Source: Massalongia carnosa (taxonomy: Eukaryota). From it: a stretch of DNA of 64,000 bases. The stretch is from NCBI GenBank assembly GCA_965645245.1, contig OZ287070.1, positions 2,480,001-2,544,000 on the forward strand, read 5' to 3'. Of this stretch, positions 13,602-27,746 are shown piece after piece (position 1 is the stretch's first letter; the number at the start of each line of letters is the position of its first letter). The notes beneath the pieces are model-generated. The model did not search any database and was not told the DNA's origin. It saw only the letters and a list, made by a program, of their open reading frames with translations. The translations under genes and the position numbers were made by a program.

Positions 13602-13806
13602 TAGGCTGATGGCATCCTGTCGGAATAAGGTATTGGTGGACGACTTGAGGCGTCGTCTACAGACGCGTCAAAAGCGTGTTGAGCGATAACGTAATCTATA
13701 ATTCCACGTGATCTAATAGGACTCAAGCTGCACTCCGCAAAGATGCTCCTTCGATATCTCTTTGGCCTCTTGTAGAAAATATAAATTCTATGCATCCTAT
13801 CTGATT
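13602..13806. promoter_or_regulatory. Short divergent promoter shared by PFA4 and the MutL-family gene, with an MluI cell-cycle box
   Basis: Only 205 bp separate the two ATGs. ACGCGT lies at 13663-13668 and CACGTG at 13705-13710. Confidence 0.45.
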
Positions 13807-16800
13807 ATGCCAATCAATGCTCTTCCACCTGACACTATTCGCTCAATTGGCTCGACCCAAGTACTTACAGATTCTTGTTCGGTCGTTAAGGAACTAATTG
13901 ACAACTCATTGGATGCTCGTGCTTCCGCAATCTCTATCGAAATATCGATAAACACTTTAGACATCATTCAGGTAAAGGACAATGGGCATGGAATCTTTCC
14001 AGATGACCGTAGCCTGGTCTGCAAACGATATTATACAAGCAAGATTAGAGGCCTTGAGGACTTAGAGATCATTGGCGGGAAGTTTTTGGGATTCAGAGGA
14101 GAAGCTTTGGCAAGCGCAGCAGAGATGAGTGGAGCCATGATTGTCTCAACGAGAATCGATGGCGAAGCGACTGCTGTAAGCTTGGCTGTTAATCGAAAGG
14201 GCGAGGTTGAAAAGTAGTGTACCTATCTTCGTAGTTTTGCTATTCACTGACCATATCAACAGAGAAACACGAATCTCCCATCCTGTAGGGACGACTATTA
14301 GAATCGTCGACTTTCTTAAACATATACCAGTTCGCCAACAAACAGCGTTGAAAGCGTCTGCGAAAACTACAAACAAGATCAGGAAATTACTATATTCTTA
14401 TGCGTATGCTCGGCCGTCAGTGAGGTTTTCGTTGAAGGTTCTCAGAACCAACAATAATAAAGGCAATTGGATATACGCCCCTTCAAGCGGAAACACGGTT
14501 TTAGAAGCTGCAGTCAAGATTGGAGGCAAGAAGCTTGTGGAGCAATGTCATTGGAAAGTGTGGATGTCTAATAGCGAAGATCCTGAGAGAATTTCCGATG
14601 TGGAGGTCAACAAGGAGGCAGGTTTTATGAACTCTTACACAATTGAAGCCTTGCTCCCCACCAAAACGTATGGTGAGTACCTCTCCATATCTACGCTACT
14701 GATATTCTAATTCACTGGCACTAGTTTCCTTGGCTATAAATAATGCTGGTCAGTATATTTCAATAGATTCCAGACCGGTTTCCTGCTTTAGAGGCACGTT
14801 GAAGCAAATTATCAACATTTATAAATCTTATCTTGCTTCTGGTAGTCTGGTGGAAGTATCTGAGGGGCCCAAGGACCCATTTATTTGTATGAACATTATT
14901 TGTCCACCTGGTAGCTACGATGCAAACGTTGAGCCAGCGAAAGATGATGTTCTCTTCGCTAATCCTAGTTTCTTAATCGGGACACTGGACTCCTTTTTCA
15001 AGAGCGTATATGGAGATTTGCGGGATTCGTCTCCAGCGCCCCAGTGGTCCTCTAATGTGAAATATCGAGGCTTTGATGTGTTACTTGCCAGAAAGCCGCC
15101 GTTAAACATCGCTACCTTACCTATTCAAAATGGAAAGGCCACGGCTCGCAACGTAGAAACCATGTACGAAAGGGTATTAAACAGAGCCAACCTTGTAAAA
15201 AGAAGCTCTGGTGAATTTTTGCCTTCGCTGCATAGCCGAACAGGTTTGACGCAAAACTCGGCAGAAAGCGGACTTGAGCGTGGTAGCACCTCAATAGTAG
15301 ATTCGGTTTCTGATGTTTTGACTCCCGCACATGAGGGACATTCATATGAGCAAAGACAACTTTGGCAACAAAGTATGTGTGATTTTGATGAGGGAGACCC
15401 CGAGGACTTTAGTGGTCCCAGCGATATCAACACCACCCAACAAGAGAAAGAATCCGAGGAAGAAGGTACCTTGCGTAATGTTAGGATATCGAACCCATGG
15501 GCTTTTGCCAAGATCAATGCCTCAGCTCTTCGAAACAAAGGGGTGAGAGAGACGGAACGAACTCTAGAAGGCAAGGGTCAGCTACTCACGCCAATCCGTC
15601 AAAGGGGTGAGCTTGTTGGAGCCACTACTCAACAGATGCGTATAGCTTCACAGGAGTCGGGTTCTTCCATCGTTGGTCTGCCAACCCCCAAGCATACTCA
15701 AGGTTATTTTGGGGCAACAGGATCTCCCCAGGCCTCATTCCCTCTAACTCCATTTTCATTTCCCAAAAACTCATCGGGTAAAATTGGCTCTGCTTCGAAA
15801 ACGCACAAAGTTCCGCAACAGGAAAGTGGTAACCTTGGTGCTCTTGATATGTGGCTGCAAAACCCAGCGGATACCCCTCCTGTGGATACTCTGCCAACTA
15901 CCCAATCCCATGACGATGATATGCAGGATCGAAATGCGCCAGTCCAGGCTCGTGCGCGAGACTTTGTGTCTGCTCGAACTCTACCTATAGGGGAATCTTC
16001 CAATTTAGTCTTAGAGATGATGCCAATAACCAAACGCATGCCGAAGGCATCGAGACCGATGGTAACGGGCGTAAATAAACCCTTTATCTCACCTATCATA
16101 GATCCAGAACAAATTGGGTTTGAGCGGGGACCCCGGTGGAAAGGTAGATCTACTCAAACTGCACGAACATCAAGCGTAGCAAACACCACCATTGCTTCAA
16201 CTCCGAATATACTCAACTGTGATGATAGTGCCTCTATCGCCGGCTCGAGTAGTACTTCTACCATATCGACCGTGGACCCTGGCCTCGCTGCAACCATGGA
16301 TTACGAAACAAGGAAGCAAGCAGCAACTCAAGCCTGGAGGGCGAATCAGCGCCAACAAGCCAAAAACCAAAGTCTCGCACCAGAGCTCGATGAGCAGATT
16401 CTCTCCGCGGCAAGAACTTCTCCCTACAAAAATCGGTACAATCGAGCCATTACGGTACTTCACGCTGCAAGCGATACTGCAGCAGAAATTATTCCTAAAC
16501 AGCTCCCCTTTGAACCTGGCGATCCAAGAGCTTACCTAATTCGCGCCCAAGAGAGGGACCATCAACGCAATCTGAATAGCTCCTCTCCTCCTCGTTCAAA
16601 AAGGAGAAAAACGAGACATTTGCCGCTTGAGGTAACCACTAGCGAAGACTCCGCCACCCGTGACCTAGTTCTCTCCATCGACACGGAAAAACTTGATGTC
16701 GCAGCTTTACTAGCATTATCAGGTTATGGGCAAGGTTTCTGTGACGAGAATATTTATACGAGAGTTACGAGGGGCGCCTTCGAACCCTGTCCAATTCGTC

Positions 16801-16943
16801 AGATTCGAGATTGGGAGTTGACTGTTCAGGAGCTGCTTGACACTCAGTATGAGGCGGAGAATGCCGCTGGTACTGATGGAAGCTGCGGTGTGCGACTCAA
16901 TCTTTGGACAACGTTGCAGTCGCATCGAAAAGCTTTTCCATGA
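13807..16943 (+). CDS. MutL-family DNA mismatch repair protein (MLH2/PMS1-like), exons 13807-14213, 14263-14672, 14725-16943
   Basis: GHKL ATPase motifs VVKELIDNSLDA, VKDNGHGI, TSKI, LGFRGEALAS and PVGTT. Transducer domain YISIDSRPV...YDANVEPAKDDVLF. Two GT-AG introns join the three ORFs in frame. Confidence 0.88.
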
Positions 16944-18384
16944 GCTCTAGGGTTAACTCTTTTTCCTGTCAAATCAAATATCCCTGTGTCTTTAGTAACG
17001 CTTTGCGGCATTTCTTTAGCTTTTGCGCGTTGTTTTGACAAGATCTACCTTCTGCGAACTCACTGTATTCCCATTTCTATTACATATGCCTGTGCTGCAA
17101 GTCAACTTTTCCTTTTCTAGTTGGCTTTCTGCTTTGGCGCTTCGAACGCGATAGTATTTGGATTGCATTTTGACGCTTCTCAAAGGCTGGGGTTCTTATG
17201 GTGTAGGAGTGTTGCTGAAGGCTAGGTTGCCCTTTGGTTTGGAGGTGAGAGCTCAGGGAATGTATAGGGGGAAACACCCGGCTTCGGACCCTCCTCGCCT
17301 TTATACGTTGTACTCTTACAATCGCAAGGTAGCTAAGCTAGGCTACCTATGTCTCCCAAAATACCAACAAAGCAGATCGCATGCATAACCAGACTTCAGA
17401 AATTCCTCGGAACCTTCACGGACATAAAAGGGTGGTTTTATTTTTACCCTAATTATCGCTTTTATTATTCCATTCTAAGCTCTACACCTCCCCATCCATC
17501 CGTCCATTTCCGCTCACGGCTCAGCGCCAGCTAACCACCAGCCAGAGCGTGCATGCGTAAATAAACAATTAAACCGCACACCCATCCATCTATCCATCTC
17601 CTTTCCACCGATATATCCACCTATCAGTTATGCATGCATACTTCCCCCCATCCCTCTCCCTTTCTTCGGAAGGGGGAAGGGGAAAGCAAGAAAAGGACAA
17701 GGGGTTTAATTTTAGGGCTGGGAGATAAAGAGGAGAGAAATCGATCCTCCGTAATCGAATTCTGCAGAAACATCCCCACGGGCCTGAATGGTGATTGATC
17801 ATCGTCTCTTAGTCTAAGTACTCATGATACCCGTATACCTCGCCACTCACCCACCCAGCCGCCATGCTCGCTTCACCCCGTTCACAATCATACACACTTT
17901 CTTTTCTCTCCCTCCAGGCGTAAGAATCGCGTTCGGTAAGTCGGTCAAATCTTCCTACGAGCTAGTTCCCGATAAAATCTATGTTTTATTTTTTATCTTT
18001 TTATTTTTTTATTTTTTACTTTTTTAAAAAATTCCTAGGAGGGAGGGAGGGAGAGAGGAAGGGAGACCGGGGGTATGAAAGAAGAAAGAATAAAGCACAA
18101 ACGAAAAGAAAAAGAAAAGGGACCCCCTCAAAAAAAACCGAAAACGAGAGCAAGAATAAAAACTAGATGCGATGAGAGAACAAATACCTAGAAAAAAATT
18201 GAAATCTCTTCCACTCCTAGAAAACCGAAAGGAGAATGAATGAATGAGAAAATTACAAAACAACCATGTCATGCTTGTTGATATTCTTTCGAACAAGCAC
18301 GATCCCTAAAAAAACCAACCACCCTCCCCCAAAGGCCGAGAGGGAATATGTTAATATCTTATTATCTTATTACCCAATCAACGT

Positions 18385-18413
18385 ACCAACCAACCAACCA
18401 ACCAACCAACCAA
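18385..18413. repeat. (AACC)n microsatellite
   Basis: About 7 tandem AACC units between the convergent MutL and polo kinase genes. Confidence 0.8.
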
Positions 18414-18638
18414 TCAGCTTAGCAGCTAATTAGCAAGCACCGAACCGAACTCGAAAAACCGCTAGGACAATCAGACTAGCAGACAGAGGATACCGGCCTT
18501 GGAAACTCCACCCCTTTTCATTCATAACCCCATCCCTCGTTAACCCCCACCTAAATCATACTTGCTACCAATACCCAAGGAAACCCCTCCCCCTTTCCTC
18601 TAAAACTGGCCTACCTCGTCTCCCTTACCAAACCTAAT

Positions 18639-21600
18639 CTACACCTCCTCTCCCTTTCCAGCCCCAGCGCCCACAGCAGCAGGAACCTCATACCTGCTAT
18701 CCACCCCATCCGCCCCCACAGAAACCCACACCAGCTTTCCTTCTCCCGCCGCCACCCCTTCCCACCTGAGAAAGCGTTCCTCAGACCCTAGCCGGCCCAG
18801 CCCCCCATGGCGGATCCACAACCCGATGACCTTGTGCAGAAACTTGAGTTTCGGCAAAAAATCGTTCGCTGCCAGCGCCTGACTGAAATCCTCGCGGTCG
18901 TCGTCGTTCCCGTTATGGACCATTCCTCCGCGTACCATTACAGCCGTGGGGTATGAAAGCACACTTCGGGTGCACAGCGCTTCGAAATCGAGCCGGCTGC
19001 CTTGCTTCAGGGAGAGCGCGGCTTTGGGAGGAAGGTGGTAGAAGTCGAGCCAGGCGCCATGGTCAGACACGAGGATCTTAGTGTGATCGGGGAAATTAAA
19101 TTGCAGAGCGCCGTCGCCGTAGCCCCATACACCCACGTTTCCCAACCGCTGGTAGAAGCGCACGAATGTCCTTGAAGTTTTGCGAAGGGGGGATTTATTA
19201 TGTGACCCATTAATGAGATTGCTCTCGTCATTTTCGTCGATTTTGGCCAGTCGTTGGCTCATGTACCGCCCGAATTTGTCCCATATGCTCACTTTCTTGC
19301 GCTTCTCATAGTCGTTTGCGTTGATGCCAGGACCTAACTTCTCCGCCACGCCATCGGCACCGACTCGGAGCTGAAACTGCGCCGCTGGCGCGAACACGCG
19401 CTTGAGACCATCCTCGCCGCAATTCTCCAGGAACTCGACTGGCGGTCCATTTCTGGGTACGATTTGCTGTTGCTCAGTATACGAGGATACTTGCTTTCTT
19501 CTTAAATGATTCTCTCCACCAGCAACGAGAATGCAGCTTTGGGGGGAGGTTTCGTCAGCGTTGAGGATGCAGCCAAGGGCGCCGTTTTGGAGGATGTAAC
19601 CGATTCCGTATTTGTTAGTATAATCAACCCATTTCACCACTACGGTGCGAGCATGAATATCCTTATTCCTCTCCATAGTAGAAATGACTTCAGCGTCATT
19701 CAGACATGTTCTATCGTTCATGCTAGTATCAAGAGCAGTCCAGACTTTTCGCAGATTACTTAAAACTTCTCTAGGTTTTGTTCCGGGGATGCACTCAACA
19801 ACGTCGTCAGCACTGATAAGACTCCCTTTTCGAGGGGCTTTCGAGCTTGGCCTAGGTCGAACAGGTATTGGCCCACGCAATGACAGCTTATCCGTCTGCG
19901 CGGGAGGATTCATATCATGCGGTGGTGTGTTTAATGAAACTATCTCCTTCTGGGTGGCAACCCGAGGGCGACGCTCTTTCTCAGGTTGTCGTGATATGGG
20001 CTCAAATTTTTCAAAGCTAGAAATGACGGGTTCGGCGGTTTGAGTTCGATGAGCGGCAGCAATGGTGGCAGATTTTGACCGAGTAACCCGTGGAACAAGC
20101 TGGGAGATTTTTTTCGGCTCGCAACCATTAGTTACAGACGGGGTCGAGGCTGAACGAACAGGATGCTCATTCAACAAGCCGCGACGGGCACGAAGTGTAG
20201 ATACATAAGGCGCTGGGCCTTGGACTGAACCTGGCTCTCCATATCCGGCAGCTCTTGACTGGAACGTAGTTCTCCGGGAAGGTACAGAGCTGAACTGAGC
20301 AGCTCGCAGCGTTGCAGCGTGGCTTTGCATTGGTGCACGTCGCGGAAGTTCCGGGACAATCAACTGGAGCTCATCGTCTTCCGCTGCTGATGTTTTGGAC
20401 ATGGTCTGCGGTATCGTTTGCGAATTTAGTGGCATTGAGGGTGGCATTTTGGGTTCTTGCTCGCTTGGCCAGCCCACAAGAGCGGTTTGCGAGGTATATA
20501 CCATATCTTTAGGCAATGGGACCCGTGGGTATGTTTCTTCTAGTTCCTCTGCGAAGCACTCCTTGTAAAGGGACAAGTCCACATTTCCCCCAACAACGTC
20601 AAATGGCTTCTCATCTCCTGCCAACTGTCCCACACCGCATCGTTGGGTAAGCGTGCGAAGTGGAAGAACGGGATGGTTTTTGTCCAGTACATCTCCTCGA
20701 GGATGTTCTGCTTTAAGCCAGGCCGGCTTGTTGAAACGACAATCCGGCTCAATATGGAGCGGAATCGCGTTACCACCATGCATGGAGAAAAAGGGATGCC
20801 CAACAATATGATCAGGTTCAGGTCTTTCTTCCGCGTCGGCTTTGAGAAGACGAGCAACAAGATCCTTGGCCTCATTAGGGATGTCATTTATACACTGGCT
20901 ATCTTTGGGCCAACCATAATCCACTGTCTTCACTCTTTCGTATATTTCCTTTTGCGAACTCGACTGAAACGGTGGATGCCCAGTTAGCATGGCATATCTA
21001 GCGTGAGTTAGAGCTCCTATATCGATGGGAGAGACAAGAGGAAATACGTACACAATGACTCCTATGGCCCAGATGTCAACTTTATGATCATGCCCATTCT
21101 TACCTTTTTTCAGAATTTCAGGGGCAATGTAATTGGGAGTACCGCACACTGTTGTTCTTCTTGCTATGGAGGCATTGTAAACGCCCTTATACTCAGCCTT
21201 TGTCGCCAGAATAGCAGCCAAACCAAAATCCCCAAGCTTGATATTCATATCTTTGTCTAAAAAGAGATTACCCATCTTCAAGTCTCGATGGATCACATTT
21301 CTCGTATGCATATACTTGATCGCCCCGCAGATCTGAATGGTGAAACGCCGGACTTCTGGTAATGATAATCCTTTCCGTTTTCTCATCATGTCCATAACGG
21401 AACCGTTGGGGCAAAGCTCGAGGATAACGTAAGTATTCTCCTTGAACGTGAAGGCTCGGTGGAATTGGACAATGTTTGGGTTTCGCATCTTTGCATGGAT
21501 CTGTAGCTCGGTACGGAACTGCGTCACGTTTAGTGAAGATATTCCCATCGCGAACTACAGTAGATTTACCTTTTCCGCAACCTTTGGCTGAGTCATCTTG

Positions 21601-21899
21601 GCCTTGACAATTTTCATCGCGAATCTGCAATTGCCTGTGCCATTCTTCTTCCCTCGCAGCTCGCCTTCGTAGCAAATCGCAAAGCCACCTTTCCCGAGAA
21701 AAGCACCGGTATGGAATTTCTCTGCTAGTAGCCCCGGCTGCAATGGAGGTTGAACCACCCATGCTGGGGGAGGCGACGCATGTTCCTTCTCTTTGGGCTT
21801 TTCTTCCACTATCGGGGCCCTTACAGCGGCAAAGTCTTTCTCACTAAACGGCTTTGGCTTGACTTGAATGTTTGTTGACCGTGGCGAAAGGGCCTCCAT
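18639..21899 (-). CDS. CDC5: Polo-like serine/threonine kinase, exons 21899-21570, 21518-21052, 20997-18639
   Basis: Kinase motifs LGKGGFAICY, FAMKIVK, HRDLKMGN, DFGLA and TVCGTPNYIAPE. Polo-box motifs VVKWVDYTNKYGIGYIL and QFNFPDHTKI. Confidence 0.93.
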
Positions 21900-22662
21900 C
21901 GTGAAATCTCCCCACTCGTCAGAAGAAATACCGACAACTCAAGGATGCCGAGTGTTTCTTGGAGTGCGCGTAGGATTTTGAGGGGCAGTTCCTAGGCGTG
22001 TTCGACGTTGAAGATGAATTCTCTACGACAATCCACCAGAGCTTCTCATGGCAATCGCTAGACCCACAAACAAGAAATTAGCATGCTGAATCAAGCAAAG
22101 ATCTGAAGCGCTAATCAAGCTATCGACTTCGAAACCCTCTTCGTTATTGAAAACTATTCCAGACAACCAAGGTACGCTTTTGTTATGTTAAGCCGATGGG
22201 CATATACTCACAGTACCTGGATCTGGGTAAACCTATATCTAAAAGGTCCTAGGTTGCAATAGTTGCTGGAGAAATTATACGTATTATTCAATTTCTGGGG
22301 CCTTTGAAATGGCTTTCGGTCGATATATGGACTTTGATATGAGAGGGAGGGATCACCGTGTCAACAAAAGCCTGTCACCAGAACAACGAGCGCTCAGCCC
22401 TACCTACCCGCGGTCCAGCGGTTCGGGGAATGGGCTTGTTCTGATGACTAATATTTCAATCCTTCATGCCCGCTTGACGGAAAGCCCATTTCAACCTTCA
22501 CTCATAACTCCGCCTGGATCATGAACTTTGTCAGCTTCCTTCTACCGGCCATAATGCACTCTTTATCCGCTTATCGGTCTCAATTGACGAAACTCGACCC
22601 TCTATAAATATCGCCCTCCCCGCTTCCAGAACTCCCAGAACAGTAATGCTGCGAGCCCCACC

Positions 22663-23690
22663 ATGTCCAGCATAGTCCTCAAACTCGGCTCCCTCGTCAT
22701 CAAAACCCTCTCCAAACCAATTGCCGTCCGTCCGTCCCTTCCCGTCCCATATCACCCCCCCCAAATCCCCAAAATAGAACTAAAAGCTCATCTTTCCCCA
22801 TCCATGCTCAGCGAGGCATAAAAGCCCAAGCGCAAGAACATGAAAAGTTCCGACGCGTCTGCGTGGCCTTTGCCCAATCGATCCATCGCCTAGACATGCG
22901 CCTCCGGCTCGGACTCCTCCAAGACACAGCCTCGATCGACAAGCGGCTCGCGCGCGAAGCCGCCGACGCACACGCCCGCAAGCAGAAACTCGACAGCATC
23001 CCGACCGTCAAGACGGAGGCGCAGACCAAAAAGGCCGACGAAGCGGCGGCGGCGGCGGCGACGGCGACGGCGACGAGAGCGAAACCGGCCCCGAAGCCGC
23101 GCATTCGGCCGCTGTCGGAGAGCAAGGCCATTGATTCCGGCGCGACGTTCGTGTCCGAGGGATTCCTGTTCCTGGTCGGCATCAGCCTGATCGTGTTTGA
23201 GAACTGGCGCTCGCGGCGCAAGGAGACAACGCGGCGGGAAGACGTGGCGGACCGCATCAGCGAGCTGGAGGAGAGCGAGCGGGCGGCCAGGAGGGCATTG
23301 GTGGAGTTGGAGCGGGAGGTGTTGCGGCTGAGAGCTAGGGCCGGGGTTGCAAACCCGACCAACGCGGGGAATCGGATCCTACCGCGGGAGCTATGGCAGA
23401 GCGTCGATGATGGTGATGATGAGGAGGAGGAGGGAGGAGGAGCGAAAGCGGAAGACGCAGCAGCGGAGACAGGAGGGGGGTGGCTTTCCTGGCTACGGCG
23501 AGCGCCAGCCACGACGACGACGACGAAATCCGCCAGCCTCAATCCCGAAGCGGAGAAGGCGGCAGCGGCGGCGGCGGTGGCGGGTTCTCCTCCTCCTTCA
23601 ACTAGTCGTCCAGCTCCCGGCGCTTCACCGGTGGGAAACCATCCGTCTCCATCTCCGTCTCCATCTCCGTCTTCCCCGTCAAACGCCTAG
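22663..23690 (+). CDS. OPA3: OPA3-domain protein, exons 22663-22725 and 22812-23690
   Basis: MSSIVLKLGSLVIKTLSKPIA splices to RGIKAQAQEHEKFRRVCVAFAQSIHRLDMRL...IRPLSESKAIDSGATFVSEGFLF, the OPA3 pattern. C-terminus is coiled-coil then low complexity. Confidence 0.88.
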
Positions 23691-24226
23691 CTAAAATCTC
23701 AACTCTCCTGGCCCCCCCATCAGTTGGGGTTTGTATATTGTATATGGTATATGGTATATGTGTACATATGTAATAGATCAACCCTCGCGCCTACGCAACC
23801 AATCAATCAAAATCAAAACTGCGAAAGCGTGGTGATGATGTCTTCACGATCGGGTTCGCCTAGCTTCTCTCTGTGAAATCTCCTGCTTAGTGAATAGAAG
23901 AAAAAGCTAAAGAATTACAAGTTTCGCTCCAAGAACACATTCGATCGCTTGGACAAGTAAACAATAGGTCCAATGCATCGCAGGACCCATGCTGTCTGCA
24001 TAGATGATTACCTCCCCGTGGCTTTTCCTCATTCCTTCCTTCCCCCTTCTTTTCCAACCCTGTAAACGCCGTTTACCTATTCCAAAGCTGGGTTTTCGCA
24101 AGTTTCCATACATGCTATCCTACAGACGATGCAACGCCCGGTTGATGATGCTGATAGCAAACCCCGTCCCCCCCCCTTTCCCCACCATTAATTCCAAGGT
24201 TGGGATATATTACGCCACCGATGCTT

Positions 24227-26510
24227 TTAAAAGATGTGCCACTTTTTTGCCTTTCCCTTTTCTTCCTCTTTCCCCTCACCGTGATTGCCTTCCGCTTTGT
24301 TTTTCCCTGATGTCTTGGCAGACGGAACTGCACTCCCACCGGATGCCGCCTCTCGGATTGCCGCGATCCGGTGTTTTGCACGCTCGTCGCCCTGGTCTGC
24401 GGCTCGGACGTACCACACGTTGGCTTCAAGAGGATCTCGTCGGCAGCCAATGCCCATTTCCGTAAAATAACCTACCGCGTATTCTGCTTTTGGAAGACCT
24501 GCGGGTTCGTTAGCACCAAACTTGGTGAGCAGAACACATCTTGTACACACCGGTCTCGGCTGCTTTCCTTGCCCATTCATAAGCTTCATTCTCATCCTTT
24601 TCAAGCACCGGTTCGGCGCCAACCATGTACCACGCGCAAAGCGCCATCATCGCCAAGGGGTGGCTTCGTTGGGCCGCTCCAGTATAGAAATGCACGCTGA
24701 GAGCTGGATCCCGCGGGCAACTCAGCTTCCCATGTTCATACGCATCACCGAGCCGATAATTCGCCTCCGTATGCCCCAGATCTGCCGACTGAGTGAACAG
24801 TTGCGCTGCATACGACTCATCTAGAAATACATCGTCGCCGAATCCAGTCTCATGCAGCAATCCAAGCTCATAAGGAGCCGAGTTATACTGATAGTCGGCC
24901 GATTCCGATGCTCGTTTAAGCCATTTCAACCCCTCGCGATATCTGGAGGTAAGACCTAGATCGCCAACCAGACAAGCTTTGCCGAGCCTGGTCATAGCCC
25001 CAGGGTGATTCTTCGAAGCCGACTGCCGATAGAATTGGACCGCCTTCAGCGGGTCCTTCCGAGTCCCCCACCCAAACTCGTAGCACAACGCAGCCCGATA
25101 TCCAGCTTCAGCATGGCCGTGCTTGCTGGCAGCGATGAACAGGGGATAAGCACGGTCGTAATCTTCAACGCCTTTGCTAAAAAGTCCTGATGCATAGCCG
25201 TCGGCGAGGTAGTATTGCGCAAAAGGATAGCTTCGCTCCGAGAGTCGTTGCAGGATATGTCGAGCTTCACGTATCAACTCGGCTTGCGAACTAGCGCTTG
25301 AAGCGGTATGCGTTTCACTTTCTCGGGATGATTTAGGGTTTAGTTGCTGTTGCGCTTCCTGGCCCTGGCCGCTACTTGCTGCTTCCTGTGCTGTGTTGAC
25401 CATGAATACCGCAAATTCGTACTGAATCGTCGGGTCGTTCGTTTTCTTTACATTTGCACGGTACATGTCAAGAGTTTGCTTGGTGCTGAGCAAAGATGCG
25501 TTGTTACCCACGGCCGTTCGCAGGTGAGCATTGTCGAGGTGCGTTGGGGCCGGAGGAGGCTGCGGGTATGGTACATTAATTAGATCAATATACGACACTG
25601 GCCGGCTATCGGGGGAGCGTCCTGAGTTGCTGGAAGGTATACGATTATAGGGGCTCGGCGAATGCTGAGGAGAGCGTTCCCGAGCGAGGCCGCCATGCTC
25701 CGAGGTCGTCGAATACGCGGAGGATGGTCGTGGTACCGCCGCACCTGCGCGGCTTCTGTTTGGAATCCCGAGATGTTGGTTCACGGGGAGTAAATGTTCA
25801 GGACGAGATAGCGGCGGTGAAACGGATTTTGAAGATCGAAACCGAGGGTGAGACGGAGGTTCGCCGCCGAACCGAAAGCTGGGACCCGAATCGTATGGCT
25901 GATGGGCTTCTCCGTCCTCCGATATATTTCTAAGACTAGCCGATGTGTGACGGGAGTGGGGGAGATGAGGGCGAACCGGGTTTCCTCGAGGCGGATCTAC
26001 CTCGTCCCCATGTACCGATGAGAGGACTGCATATTGCGGTTGCTGCAACGTATCGGACGCATTTATGGTTACCCTTTGTCTGTAGGGGATCGTTTTCGTG
26101 ATCGGCGGAGGTGTAGCGAAGGCTTCCCGACGACCCGATTTAGGGTGAGAATCCAATTCCCAGTTACTTGAGTGCGCAGTTGGCTGGCGTAGATACAGAT
26201 CATCTCCAGACTCGAAGGATGCAGCTCGCGCTGTGGATCGTGGGTAGGTTGGCAGGGGCGCATTTGCATGAACCGGGCTCAGAGGTGCCCCATGGGCACG
26301 ACCTGGCGAGTCCAAGGGTAATGATGGTAGAGGCCATCGACTTTGAGGCTGCGGAGGACTGACTAGATGGTCACCTGTCAGATTCTCCTTGGAGAACTCT
26401 GTCGGGACAAATGAATCTGGAAAGGTATATTTGGCAGGGGAGTTGAGCTCTGGAAGTCTTGGAGGCGTGGCCGACCTTGCAATTCCCGGTTTCGAACTGA
26501 TAGCCGCCAT
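24227..26510 (-). CDS. SKT5: Sel1-repeat chitin synthase activator (yeast Chs4/Skt5 homologue), exons 26510-24551 and 24498-24227
   Basis: Multiple Sel1 repeats (AQYYLADGY, AGYRAALCYEFGWG, APYELGLLHETG, ANYRLGDAYEHG, AMMALCAWYMVG, AEYAVGYFTEMGIG) after a Pro/Ser-rich N-terminus. One 52-nt intron; lies head-to-head with a class IV chitin synthase. Confidence 0.88.
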
Positions 26511-27714
26511 AACGGCAACAACCAAGCAGGGCTGGCAGCTTGAAGTCACGCAAACTGCAACCCAAACTTCCGGTTCCCGTCCTACTTGGGATCTATACTA
26601 TATATGACTGACACGCCTCGGTCTTTAGTATCTAACCAAGCCCAGCCTTGCCAGATGATGGCCGTTGGGCTTGACGTAGCGAAGGTATTACGGTAGGTTA
26701 TCAAACATGCATCGCCTAGCTGTCTTAGAACCTCGGCGGAGTGGCGTGGCAGCTGTTAAGCGACTTGTTAGACCACGGAGGTCGCGCTACATGCTCTTCT
26801 CGGGAACCAAGTAAATGAAGAATGAGGCCCGGGGATTTTGCCGCGAACACCCTAACATCAGTATTAGCAACCAGCGAGGCTTCTCCGTAGGTATTTCCTC
26901 AACTCTACATTCACTCGACCGATTCCAGCCGAGCAATGAGGCAACCCAGGACCCTTCACAAGCCCACGAAAGATACCGAGCGCAAGCAACCAAGTTCACC
27001 AAGAGTCTGGGGGGTTGACCAGATAGATATATAGCGTATGCACAGCGCAAAGTCAAGGTGGAAGATATTGGCTGAATCCTCCTCGGCAGTCCTACGTACC
27101 TAACTAGCAACAGAGCAGAGACAGCGTTTGCTCGACTTGGAGGAGCAAGGGAGCTTGGGCCTGGGTCAGGTGCAGCTGGCATCCAAGACACTTACACAAC
27201 GCTAAGTGGCGAGCAAGCCACCAGAAAGCTGGAGCATGAACCTCATAAACGCCGCGTATTTATAACAAATAGATGTGCAAGCCGTTGTACTCCGGGGTTA
27301 GGGGGGTGTAGGGGCTCCTAACAAGGACGAGGGGCAAGGGTATGGAAGTGTTCAGGCTCCAAACTATCTCTTGTAACAGCCGTTTCTGTGTCTAGCGAGT
27401 TTAGTTATCCTTCCTCAAGCGTAACGTCACCATCAGCCTCACCGCTTACGAGGACGCATACAGCAGTCCTTCGTCCCGATGCGGATGAGTTAGACCAGCG
27501 TACGGGGTCGACGGATATAGGTACTCGGTGGTATGTATACGGAGAATTATGGAGGCAAGGCGTGATTCTGGACAGGACAAAGTATTGTCGCATCGGAACT
27601 CCATATAACCCTAAATCCTCGGTACAGAATTAGAATCCTCGGTATTCGTATACTCTGTGCATAGACACAATGGATGGAACATGCATGCAAAACAAAATGA
27701 CCCCCAAGTACCCT

Positions 27715-27746
27715 GTACGGAGTACTCGGTACCGAGTACTCCGTAC
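27715..27746. repeat. Perfect 32-bp palindrome inside a GTAC-rich tract
   Basis: GTACGGAGTACTCGGT|ACCGAGTACTCCGTAC is its own reverse complement. Confidence 0.9.

Noticed and set aside
22808..23542. 244-aa minus-strand ORF
   Set aside because: Antisense to OPA3 exon 2; low-complexity artefact of high GC.
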